DNA of 63,760 bases, the filler included, from Octopus bimaculoides (Eukaryota), in NCBI RefSeq assembly GCF_001194135.2. It is 7 parts of 7 records of this genome, joined end to end, with 100 filler letters (N's around TTAATTAATTAA, not from the genome) between each part and the next. Parts side by side here need not be neighbours in the genome. Positions count along the whole stretch, not along the records: positions 37,843 to 54,136 come from NC_068994.1; positions 54,237 to 59,639 come from NC_069003.1; positions 59,740 to 63,760 come from NW_026360663.1; 4 more parts are not named here. One strand, written 5' to 3'. A model generated the notes under the pieces. It made no database searches and had not been told where the DNA came from. It was given only the letters and a program-made list of their open reading frames with translations. This document shows positions 49,435 through 62,700 of this stretch, piece after piece. Both the position numbers and the translations under genes were made by a program. Position 1 is the first letter of the stretch. Each line of letters begins with the position of its first letter.

Positions 49435-51106
49435 CAACATACATACATACATACATACATACATACATGCACTTACACCACAAGTCTATATGATTATTTA
49501 TGTGCGCAGATGAGAATATACGTGGTGTGTGTATGGATAGACGTTTATACTTACAAGCAAAAGAAGGAAGAACTCAATACGCCGAATAATGCTCAGATGT
49601 GTTACGTCAGCAGACATTTCCCTAACGACCACTTACTTGCGGAGAAAACTAAAAATCTAAATGTGAAGCTGGAGCAATCTATTCAAAACTCCTGCCAGGT
49701 AATTTTATTATATAACTTGCAGTAAGATACAGTATTATGAATAGCGAAACAAAAATTCTAGTCTCCACATTAAAACAGAAAACTTCGTGGAGCGACTCGT
49801 TTTGCGCAGGCCGTACAACACCCTAAATGACAATACGCAACTTTTCTTTATGCATAAATGTCGTTTAAACTGCACAAAAATTCGAACTGAGTAAGATGAG
49901 CAAGTCTATACTTGTCTCCATTAGTCGAAAGACACAGAAGACCAGGCGTTTAAAGCAATGGAATGGACTTAACCAAATGTTTTAATAGAATAGAAAACAC
50001 ACCAGATTCAGCCTGTTCAATATGGTAGAATTTTATCCGTTCATTTAGAAACTTCATCTTCTGAAAGCGTAAAAACTCAGAAAAAAAACATGTTTATTAT
50101 TATGGTCGAAAGTGAACCAGAATAATGGCGTGTGTATGGAGGCCGCTCTTCTTTTATATACTCTTTTACTCGTTTCAGCCATTTGACTGCGGCCATGCTG
50201 GAGCACCGCCTTTAGTTGAAGAAATCGACCCCAGGACTTATTCTCTGTAAGCCTAGTACTTATTGTACCGGTCTCTTTTGCCGAACCGCTAGGTTACGGG
50301 GACGTAAACACGCCAACATCGGTTTTCAAGCGATGGTGGGGAAACAAACACAGACACAAACACACATAAGAAAATATTTAACGAAACTGTTCAATCCCCA
50401 GATAGGGTGACCACCCCCTATTATCATAAATCATTGGTCTCCGCAACCGTATATTCTTCTTACGAGGAAAACATTATCTCNNNNNNNNNNNNNNNNNNNN
50501 NNNNNNNNNNNNNNNNNNNNNNNNNNNNNNNNNNNNNNNNNNNNNNNNNNNNNNNNNNNNNNNNNNNNNNNNNNNNNNNNNNNNNNNNNNNNNNNNNNNN
50601 NNNNNNNNNNNNNNNNNNNNNNNNNNNNNNNNNNNNNNNNNNNNNNNNNNNNNNNNNNNNNNNNNNNNNNNNNNNNNNNNNNNNNNNNNNNNNNNNNNNN
50701 NNNNNNNNNNNNNNNNNNNNNNNNNNNNNNNNNNNNNNNNNNNNNNNNNNNNNNNNNNNNNNNNNNNNNNNNNNNNNNNNNNNNNNNNNNNNNNNNNNNN
50801 NNNNNNNNNNNNNNNNNNNNNNNNNNNNNNNNNNNNNNNNNNNNNNNNNNNNNNNNNNNNNNNNNNNNNNNNNNNNNNNNNNNNNNNNNNNNNNNNNNNN
50901 NNNNNNNNNNNNNNNNNNNNNNNNNNNNNNNNNNNNNNNNNGAGAGAGAGAGAAAGAGATAATTATATATACACACACACACTCACACTGGAACATACGT
51001 TCAAGAAAAGAGTAAGAAAATATTTTTTAATTAGATTCATTTAGATTACTTGCTTTAAACGAAAAATGAACTATCTATCTCTCTATCGATCGATCTATCT
51101 ACCTAT

Positions 51107-51156
<50 letters not shown>

Positions 51157-52995
51157 GTCTATCTATCTATCTGTCTATCCATCTATCTGTCTATCCATCT
51201 ATCTATCGATCGATCTATCTACCTATTTATCTATCTATCTTTCTTTCTCCATTTCTTTCTGTTTGTCTATCTATTTTTCTCTCTATATATCTGTGCTTAA
51301 CTGTGCATCAAATACTCGGTCCGTCTAATATATACATAATACATACCTAAATATAAATATGCATATATATACATATGTGTATGTATATATACATATGTCT
51401 GTTTATATGTATGTACATACAGTATTTATGTGTGTGTGTATGTATATTTATATATATGCATGTGTGTATGTAAGTTTCTTTGTCTCTATACACATGTACG
51501 TATGCCTGCCTGCCTGCATGTATGTATGAATGAACGCATATATTGTCATTAAAAAAATATCTCTGAGAGAACTTTACTCTGACATAAAAGCCATTGTCCA
51601 GAGGAATGGTGTCGACCATTTTGGAAGGACTTCATTGACAGCTGAAGATGAAGCCACTCCTAGAGTCCCGAGTCTCCGACCTTTATTGGCATCAGACATT
51701 TTGTTTCTGTTTGTCTGTGGATCCTGTCAATGGGGTGGTGAGGTTCTATGAGGGCGTCGTGTAACCTTTATTGCTCCGAAAATTCTGTCGGGACATTGCC
51801 GCCCCTATTTATTTATTTATTTATTCATTCATTTATTTATTTATTCATTTATTTATACATTTCTTTATTTATTTATTCATTATATATATATATATATTTT
51901 TTTTTTTTACGTATTTTTTTTTTAGTGAGCTTCTTCCTGTCACGAGTGGACAACCATTACGTATGTATGCATGTATGTATTTATGTATGGATGTATGGAT
52001 ATTTCTATGCATATATGTATATGCTTGTATATATATGTGTGTATGTGTTTGTATGCGAGCATTTCTGAATGTATGTGTATATATATATATATAGGCGCAG
52101 GAGTGGCTATGTGGAAAGTAGCTTGCTTACCAACCACATGGTTCCGGGTTCAGTCCCACTGCGTGGCACCTTGGGCAAGTGTCTTCTACTATAGCCTCGG
52201 GCCGACCAAAGCCTTGTGAGTGGATTTGGTAGACGGAAACTGAAAGAAGCCCGTCGTATATATGTATATATATGTGTGTGTTTATGTGTCTGTGTTTGTC
52301 CTCTTAGCATTGCTTGACAACCGATGCTGGTTTNNNNNNNNNNNNNNNNNNNNNNNNNNNNNNNNNNNNNNNNNNNNNNNNNNNNNNNNNNNNNNNNNNN
52401 NNNNNNNNNNNNNNNNNNNNNNNNNNNNNNNNNNNNNNNNNNNNNNNNNNNNNNNNNNNNNNNNNNNNNNNNNNNNNNNNNNNNNNNNNNNNNNNNNNNN
52501 NNNNNNNNNNNNNNNNNNNNNNNNNNNNNNNNNNNNNNNNNNNNNNNNNNNNNNNNNNNNNNNNNNNNNNNNNNNNNNNNNNNNNNNNNNNNNNNNNNNN
52601 NNNNNNNNNNNNNNNNNNNNNNNNNNNNNNNNNNNNNNNNNNNNNNNNNNNNNNNNNNNNNNNNNNNNNNNNNNNNNNNNNNNNNNNNNNNNNNNNNNNN
52701 NNNNNNNNNNNNNNNNNNNNNNNNNNNNNGTGTGCGCGAGCATTTATATATATATATATATATATAAATGCTCGCACAGAAACACATATACATGCATATA
52801 TATGCATACAAATATCCACACATAAATACATACATACATACATACATATATTCATTATTTTTTATATTCTCTCTCTCTCCATTCAATTGTATATGTATGT
52901 TTGTATACGTTATAGACATGCGCATGTGTATATATATATTCTTTTATTCTTTTAATCTTTTATTTATTTCAGTCATTTGAGTCATGGCCGCAGTC

Positions 52996-53035
<40 letters not shown>

Positions 53036-53222
53036 AATTCGTATGGAATTACATGGTCAGTTCCACCGTGAAACCAACAAATCAAAAGACCAGGAAGCGT
53101 TATAGAGGTGGCTCAACAAGGGTGACATAAAGAAGAATACTGAAAACTTAATCAACGCTGCCCAAGACCAGGCATTGAATACCAACTCAGTCAAAAAGAA
53201 TAATAATAATAATAACAATAAC

Positions 53223-53262
<40 letters not shown>

Positions 53263-53887
53263 GTAGTAATAATAATGATGATGATGATGACGATCATCAT
53301 CATCATCATCATAATAAATGCACAAAAATATAAATGAAAAAAAGATGTAGAAGCTATACCTGGATTCTCAACACTACACAGTGTCCAAAACATAGCCCTA
53401 CAAGACACTGTGGGGAAGGGGACAATCGATCACATCGCCCCCTCCCCAGTACTTGACTGGTACTTAAATTATCGACCCCGAAAGGATGAAGCGCAAAGTC
53501 GACCTCGGCGGAATTTGAACTCAGAACGTAAAGACAGACGAAATACCGCTAAGCATTTCGCCCGGCGTGCTGACGGTTCTGCCAGCTCACCGCCTTATCT
53601 TTACGTGATATTTACGTAATTTTTTTGTTTTGTTTTGTTGTTTATTAGAAAAATAGGAGTGATTATTTATTTTATGGGTGCTGTGTATTAAGTCTATAAA
53701 ATTGAGCATAAAGTGTATATATAAAGTGCATTAAGTAATCATCATATTCCAATTTCTGTCAGTTTTCAATGATTAGCAGATGAGCAATTATCGTTCGATA
53801 CAGACACAACACAGGCTACACTTTGAGGTTTTTTGGATAAAGATTTCAGAAATAACCCAATAAGTTTGTCATTCACGGGTCCCGCTA

Positions 53888-53990
<103 letters not shown>

Positions 53991-55212
53991 GTTTATAGAG
54001 AGGACTGGAAACTCAGCAGAAATGTAATAGAAGATAAATGAGTTCTTAACGAACTCATCTATCTTCTATTATTATTATTATTATTATTATCGTCAGCCGG
54101 GCAAGCCGCATTTGATCTTGGCTCTTTAATTTTTGTNNNNNNNNNNNNNNNNNNNNNNNNNNNNNNNNNNNNNNNNNNNNTTAATTAATTAANNNNNNNN
54201 NNNNNNNNNNNNNNNNNNNNNNNNNNNNNNNNNNNNAATGCACTCAAAAGGCTTTAGTCGGCCTGAGGCTATAGTAGAAGACACCTGCCCGACGTGCCAA
54301 GCAGTGGAACTGAACCCGGAACGACGTGGTTGGGAAGCAAAGCTTCTTACGATACTGCCACGCCCATATATATAAAAAAAAACACGGCAGGCTTCCACAC
54401 TGTTTCCGTCAATCAAATCCCCTTACAAGGCATTGGTTGTCCCGGAGTTATAGTAGAAGGCATTTGCTCAAGGTGCCGCGCAGTGGGACTGAACTTGAAA
54501 CCACATGGCTGCAAAGCGAGCTTCTTAACCACACAGCCAAAACCAGCGACCACCCGTTTAATCCACCCTGATGTCCTCTACCCATTTACCCATTTTATGC
54601 TATTAGTAATCAATATCATTCTTTGTTCGCCTCATAACACCCTGGTTTCGGTTACTGCTGCTGCTGCTGCAGCTGTTGTTAACGTTGTTGTTGCTGTTGT
54701 TGTTATTGGTGTTGTCTGTTTCGGTAAACCTCTGATCAAAGGCGTTCTAACCGTGGCTGCTCTGTCACTTGTAGCAAACCTATAACACCAAAGGCTTTCC
54801 AGTCATGACAGTCCCATCTAAAACTATACCATCCGATGTGAGCCTCCCTGTTTAAAGACGATATGATGCGATTCAAGATATAAATATGACTGCTGTTTCT
54901 AGCAACCACTTAGCGCCAACCTTGTTAACTAGTTTCTTAATGCAACAGATTACACTCTCCTCCTACTCTCCCCTCAGCCTTTCACTCCTTTCCTCCCCCT
55001 CCCATTAACTAATCTGTGTGTCATCACTGCCGTGATGACAGTGACAGAGTAGCAGAGAGGAAGACAGATTGGTAGGAAAGTGATAGAGGTTGCATGTATT
55101 TTATGTGTGTGAACATCTTTGTGTCTCTCTTTATATATATACATATGTGTGTGCATGTGTGCGCACGCGTGTGTCTGCGAATTTGTCTGTGTTTGTGCGG
55201 TTCTGCGTACGC

Positions 55213-55265
<53 letters not shown>

Positions 55266-55868
55266 TATGTGTGTGTGTGTGTCTGCATCGACCTATCTAC
55301 CTATATATGTATAACGTATGAAAATGGAGCTGTCTTGCGCATGTGTTTGCCTTGTGTTTTCGGTACGCATTACAGCTACATAATCATGCATTCTTTAGCG
55401 ATCCTACTGACGAGCTAGAGATACTAAATTAATTTATTTGGTCATTAATAACGAAACTCGAGTATAGGGTTCACTAATTTTTTATTCACTCTAGTGCCTA
55501 TTAGCAGCATGCCTTAAAAATTCCTTTTTTCATGGTGTGGGTTTAACTGCCCTTTTTAGCATTTTTGTATATATATATACACACACACATACATACACAT
55601 ATATATTGCTTGTTGCAAAACTTGTGACTGTATGTCGCTTGATATTATATATATTGCGAGTAGAAGCGAGCTACTGCCATCTCTAGCAGACGAGGTATCC
55701 AAGGAATTCGCTCCCCTGCTCGCAATATCTCGGATGCAGTAGTGCATCATTAACCAGCTAGATGAGATGTCCTCTTGGGGTTAAAAAGTCGCAGTAAAGT
55801 CCGTTCGAACGGACAACCACATTGAAGTGGCTACGAACATTACCTTATATATATATACATACATACAA

Positions 55869-55915
<47 letters not shown>

Positions 55916-56157
55916 NNNNNNNNNNNNNNNNNNNNNNNNNNNNNNNNNNNNNNNNNNNNNNNNNNNNNNNNNNNNNNNNNNNNNNNNNNNNNNNNNNNNN
56001 NNNNNNNNNNNNNNNNNNNNNNNNNNNNNNNNNNNNNNNNNNNNNNNNNNNNNNNNNNNNNNNNNNNNNNNNNNNNNNNNNNNNNNNNNNNNNNNNNNNN
56101 NNNNNNNNNNNNNNNNNNNNNNNNNNNNNNNNNNNNNNNNNNNNNNNNNNNNNNNNN

Positions 56158-56189
<32 letters not shown>

Positions 56190-56539
56190 AACATGCGTAC
56201 ACGGACACATGCATATATACATGCGCATACACACACACAAACATACACACGCGCAAATGTGTTTATGTGTGTGTGTGTGTGTGTGTGTGTGTTGACACCT
56301 GCGTGTGTGTGTCTATTTATGCGTATGCCTGTGTTTGAATATATGACTATAAACATGTGTGCGTCTGTGTGTGCGTATGCGTTTGTATCTGTATATGTAT
56401 GCGTGTCTGCGTATGTATGTGCGTGTACATGTACATGTGTGTATGTATGAATGTCTGTGAATGTGTGCGTGTCCATACATATATGCATGTATGTCTACGG
56501 ATGTATCTGTACATGTTTATACGTTTGTGTGAGTATATG

Positions 56540-56581
<42 letters not shown>

Positions 56582-57447
56582 TGTGAGTATGTATATGCGT
56601 CTAGTGAGAAGTCGCATCGGTTTACATGTTTCGCATTCCACAATTCGGGCGTTCCCGTCATTCTCACCACTATAGTGTGATCACTACACGCACGCACGCA
56701 CACACACACATACACACACACATGCACGCGCACATGCACACGCATACACACACATGTAAACATGTACAGACGCATACACACATACACACACATACACACG
56801 CACACACACACACATATATATATATATATACACACATACATATATACATGCAAATGCATATATACATATGCATATAGATTGATATTCACATATACACGCA
56901 CATACATACACGCGCAAACATACACACACATACATGCGTATGCACAAACACATACACATACATGTACACGCACAGACATACATATGCCTACACACACATA
57001 CGCATATATACACACACACCATACACACACAGACATATGTACACACAGAGAAATATATACACACACATACGCACACTCATACATTTATATACACATGCAT
57101 ACTCACATATGCATCTGCACATGCATACAAATGCGAACACACACGTACATATATACACACACGCATGCACACACATATACGAGGGGGTTACCGAAAAGCC
57201 CCTCGCTTTAGGTGTCCCGCGAAAGGCCTGGTTGGAGGCCCAACTTTCGGAGTCTTTTTTATAGGACTTAGAAAAACTGAAGGACTGCTGCAGTAAGTGT
57301 GTGAATCTGAGAGGGGAATAGGTTGAATAAAATCCTAATTAACTGATCCTCCTGTATTTTCTGTTACCCAAAGCCAGGAACCTTTCAGCCCCTACCCTCA
57401 TTTATATTATATCCTGCCTATATACCTGTGCACACCTTTCACTGCTA

Positions 57448-57678
57448 GGCGGCGAGCTGGCAGAAACGTTAGCACGCTGGGCGAAATGCTTAGCGGTATT
57501 TCGTCTGCCGCTACGTTCTGAGTTCAAATTCCGCCGAGGTCGACTTTGCCTTTCATCCTTTCGGGGTCGATTAAATAAGTACCAGTTACGAACTGGGGTC
57601 GATATAATCGACTTAATCCGTTTGTCTGTCCTTGTTTGTCCCCTCTCTGTGTAGCCCCTTGTGGGTAGTAAAGAAATA
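57448..57678 (+). mobile_element. Young SINE family B insertion with perfect 18-bp TSD
   Basis: GCACACCTTTCACTGCTA at 57430-57447 and again at 57679-57696. Confidence 0.92.
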
Positions 57679-58923
57679 GCACACCTTTCACTGCTATGTG
57701 TGCCATAAGGTCTGAAAATCTAAGGGAGACCTCAAAAGACACTTTAAGATCAGAACATAACTGCAGTTCTTGGTGGTCCAAATCAGATATGCAATCTATA
57801 TGGGCGTCTTTCCAATTGCCTGATTTAAAAAAGCTACAACAGACGCCATGATGGATCTACGATGTAGGTACAACAGGTGGTCAGACTCTACATAAGGAGT
57901 AGACAACCACCATATATATATGGGGCACTAATCAATTACATCGACCCTAGTGTTCAACCTGGTACTTATTTTATCGACCCCCGAAAGAATGAAAGGCAAA
58001 GTCGACCTCGGCGGAATTTGAAATCAGAACGTGAAGACGGACGAAATGCCGCTAAGCATTTTGTCCGGCATGCTAACGATTCTGCCAAGTCGTTGCCTTT
58101 AATAATCTTTTCTAGTAAAGGCACAAGGCCTGAAATTTGTGGGGGGGGGGGACCAGTCGATTAGTCGATTACATCGACCCCAGTGTTTCACTGGTACTTA
58201 ATTTATCGAACTCCCAAAAAGGATGAAAGGCAAAGTTGACCTTGGTGGAATATAGAATATGGTAATGATGTTGATGATGATAGTTATGACAACGACAATG
58301 ATGATGATGTTGATGACAACGACGACGACGACGACGATATATCTTTTTCCACAGATGTACCAGATGAGAGTTCATTACGAGAACAATATTCAATTTGTGA
58401 GGAGGCACTGGTCTATATTAGCAGACACTTGCCCAAGGTGCCACGCAGTGGGAACGAACCCAGAACCATGTGGTTAGGAACCAAACATCTCACCATAATA
58501 GTCATTTCCGTGTATATTGCCACAATACAAAGGCGTCTCCCGGCGATGACCTGATATCGAAAACAAGCACATCCTGCTTGGAAAGACGTTTGAGTCTTGC
58601 AGAACGCTTTTGATTGGTTGGTAAGATGCAGCTTCGAGGGGGCAAAAATAAGGGGCCCCAAGCAGTCTTATCGAATATGTCTCGTCAGGCCTGGCCTGAT
58701 AAAATGCCTAAGCATCCTTTGTTATGTGATGGCTGCGAACAAACAATGAGGGAGAGCTGGCACTTTATGGCAGTTAATTACATCTTATTGTTTTATCTCT
58801 AAGTTGGATGGTTTCGTTGTTAAGTGTTACGATTCAAACCTCGTTCAACAGAATTCAGACGGCCATTGCTGCTGAACATCGTTTCAGATATAACGCCATG
58901 TGTAATGCATGTGTGCCATTGTG

Positions 58924-58965
<42 letters not shown>

Positions 58966-59739
58966 TGTGTGTGTGTGTGCGTATGTTTTGAGTACGTATG
59001 AGTGTGTGTGTTTGTGTCTGTGTGTATACATACAATATATATATATATGTGTATGTGTGTACATATTACTCTTTTACTCTTTTACTTGTTTCAGTCATTT
59101 GACTGCGGCCATGCTTGAGCACCGCCTTTAGTCGAACAAATCGACCCCAGGACTTATTCTTTGTAAGCCTGGTACTTATTCTATCGGTCTCTTTGCCGAA
59201 CCGCTAGGTAACGGGGACGTAAACACACAAACATCCGTTGTCAAGCGATGGGGGGGGACAAACACAGACACACACATATATATATTTATATATATATATA
59301 TATACGACGGGCTTCTTTCCGTTTCCGTCTACCAAATCTACTCCCAAGACTTTGGTCGGTCCGAATCTATAGTAGAAGACACTTGCCCAATGTGCCACAC
59401 AGTGGGACTGAACCCGGAACCATGTGGTTGGTAAGCAAGCTTCTTACCACACTGCCAAGGGGTGTGTGTGCGTGCGTGCGTTTCTCCGTGAGTATGTTTG
59501 CATATGTATATATATGCAAATATACATATATATATATATGTATGCATATATGTATATACTCTCAAAGATATGCATGTATGTGCATTCTTAAATGTATGCG
59601 TATGTATATATGTGTGTTTGCGTATGTGTGTGTGTGCATNNNNNNNNNNNNNNNNNNNNNNNNNNNNNNNNNNNNNNNNNNNNTTAATTAATTAANNNNN
59701 NNNNNNNNNNNNNNNNNNNNNNNNNNNNNNNNNNNNNNN

Positions 59740-62700
59740 ACGATCGTCGACGCAATGTGCGGCAGAAAAACCTCCCGTATTAAATACGATCGTAAACGCA
59801 AGGTGCGGCAGAAACGTCTCACGTATTATATACGATCGTTGACGCAAGGTGCGGGAGAAATATCTCCCGTATTAAATAGTATCGTTGACAAAAGATGCGG
59901 CAGAATAGACTCCCGTATTAAATACGATCTGACACGCAAGGTGCTGCAGAATAGACTCCCGTATTAAATGCGATCGTTGACGCCAGGTTCGGCAGTATAG
60001 ACTCCCGTATTAAATGCGATCGTTGACGCAAAGAGCGGCAGAAAAACCTCCCGTATTAAATGCAATCGCTGACGCAATGTGCGGCAGAAAAACCTCCCGT
60101 ATTAAATACGATCGTTCTCGCAATGTGTGGCTGAAATACCTCCCGTATTAAATACGATCGTTGACGCAAGGTGGGGCAGAAACGACTCCCGTATTAAATT
60201 CGATCGTTGACGCAAGATGCGGCAGAAAAACCTCCCGTATTAAATGCGATCGTTGACGCAAGGTTCGGCAGAATAGACTCCCGTATTAAATGCGATCGTT
60301 GACGCAAGGTGCGGCAGAATAGACTCCCGTATTAAATACGATCGTTGACGGAATGTGCGGCAGAATAGACTCCCGTATTAAATACGATCTTTGACGCAAG
60401 GTGCCACAGAGTAGTCTCCCGTATTAAATACGATCTCTGCCGCAAGGTGCCGCAGAGTAGACTCCCGAATTAAATACAATCGTTGACGCCAGTTGCGGCA
60501 GTATAGACTCCTGTATTAAATACGATATTTGACGCAAGCTGTGGCACAAAAACCTCCCGTATTAAATGCGATCGTTGACGCAAGGTGCGGCAGAAAAGAC
60601 TCCCGTAGTCAATACGATCGTTGACGCAATGTGCGGCAGAAAAACTTCCCGTATTAAATACGATCGTTGACACCATGTGCGGCAGAAACACCTCCCGTAT
60701 TAAATACGATCGTTGACGCAATGTGGGGCAGAAAAGACTCACGTATTAAATACGACCTTACAGGCAAGGTGCTGCAGAATAGACTCCCGGATTAAATGCG
60801 ATTGTTGACGCAATGTGCGGCAGTATAGACTCCCGCGATTAAACAATCGTTGACACAATGTGCGGCGCAAAAGCCTCCCGTAATAAATGCGATCGTTGAC
60901 GCAAGGTGCGGTAGAAAAACCTCCCGTATTAAATTCAATTTTTGAAGTAAGGTGCGGCAGTGTAGACCTCCGTATTAAATGCGATCGTTGACGCCAGGTG
61001 CAGCAGTATAGACTCCCGTATAAAATGCGATCTTTGACGCAAGGTGCGGCAGAAAAACCTCNNNNNNNNNNNNNNNNNNNNNNNNNNNNNNNNNNNNNNN
61101 NNNNNNNNNNNNNNNNNNNNNNNNNNNNNNNNNNNNNNNNNNNNNNNNNNNNNNNNNNNNNNNNNNNNNNNNNNNNNNNNNNNNNNNNNNNNNNNNNNNN
61201 NNNNNNNNNNNNNNNNNNNNNNNNNNNNNNNNNNNNNNNNNNNNNNNNNNNNNNNNNNNNNNNNNNNNNNNNNNNNNNNNNNNNNNNNNNNNNNNNNNNN
61301 NNNNNNNNNNNNNNNNNNNNNNNNNNNNNNNNNNNNNNNNNNNNNNNNNNNNNNNNNNNNNNNNNNNNNNNNNNNNNNNNNNNNNNNNNNNNNNNNNNNN
61401 NNNNNNNNNNNNNNNNNNNNNNNNNNNNNNNNNNNNNNNNNNNNNNNNNNNNNNNNNNNNNNNNNNNNNNNNNNNNNNNNNNNNNNNNNNNNNNNNNNNN
61501 NNNNNNNNNNNNNNNNNNNNNNNNNNNNNNNNNNNNNNNNNNNNNNNNNNNNNNNNNNNNNNNNNNNNNNNNNNNNNNNNNNNNNNNNNNNNNNNNNNNN
61601 NNNNNNNNNNNNNNNNNNNNNNNNNNNNNNNNNNNNNNNNNNNNNNNNGCAGAAACGACTCCCGTATTAAATACGATCTTACACGCAAGCAGCTGCAGAA
61701 TAAACTCCCGTATTATATTCGATCGTTGACGCAATGTGCGGCAGAAAGGACTCCCGTATTAAATACGCTCGTTGACGCAACGTGCGGCAGAAATACCTCC
61801 CGTATTAAATAGTATCGTTGACGGCAGGTGCGGCGGTATAGACTCCCGTATTAAATGCGATCGTTGACGCTAGGTGGTGCAGAAACGAATCCCGTATTAA
61901 CTGCGATCTTACACGCAAGGTGCTGCAGAATAGACTCCCGTATTAAATGCGATCTTTGACGCCAGGTGCGGCAGTATAGATTCCCGTATTAATTTCGATC
62001 GTTGACACAATGTGCGCCAGAAAAACCTCCCGTATTAAATACGATTGTTGACGCCATGTGCGGCAAAAAGACTCCCGCATTAAATACGATCGTTGACGCA
62101 AGGTGCGGCATAAAAGAGTCCCGTATTAAATTCGATCTTTGGAGCAAGGTGCCGCAGATTAGATCCCCGTATTAAATGCGATCGTTTTCGCCAGGTGCAG
62201 CAGTAAAGACTCCCGTATTAAATTCGATCGTTGACTCAAGATGCGGCAGAAAAACCTCCCGTATTAAATGCGATCGTTGACGCAAGGTACGGCAGAATAG
62301 ACTCCCGAATTAAATGCGATCGTTGACGCAAGGTGCGGCAGAATAGACTCCCGTATTAAAAACGATCTTTAAGGAAAGGTGCGGCAGAAAAGACTGCCGT
62401 ATTAAATACGATCTTTGACGCAAGGTGCCGTAGAGTATACTCCCGTATTAAATACGATCTTTGACGTAAGGTGTCGCAGAGTAGACTCACGTATCATATA
62501 CGATCACTGACGCCAGGTGCGCCAGTATTATCTCCCGTATTAAATGCGATCGTTGACGCAAGATGTGGCAGAAAAAGGTCCCGTATTAAATGCGATCGTT
62601 GAGGCAATGTGCTGCAGAAAACACTCGCGTATCAAATACAATCTTACACGGAAGGTGCTGCAGAAACGACTCTCGTAATAAATACAATCTTACACGCAAT

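Noticed and set aside
44477-49500. Many 100-500 aa ORFs (Leu/Ser, Tyr/Ile, Val/Cys, His/Thr-rich)
   Set aside because: They are dinucleotide and tetranucleotide microsatellite translations with no splice or homology support. The same applies to 11-12.8 kb, 40.2-41.2 kb and 55-57 kb.
51530-51830. Complex-looking ORFs in a unique island
   Set aside because: No consistent splice sites or recognisable motifs on either strand.
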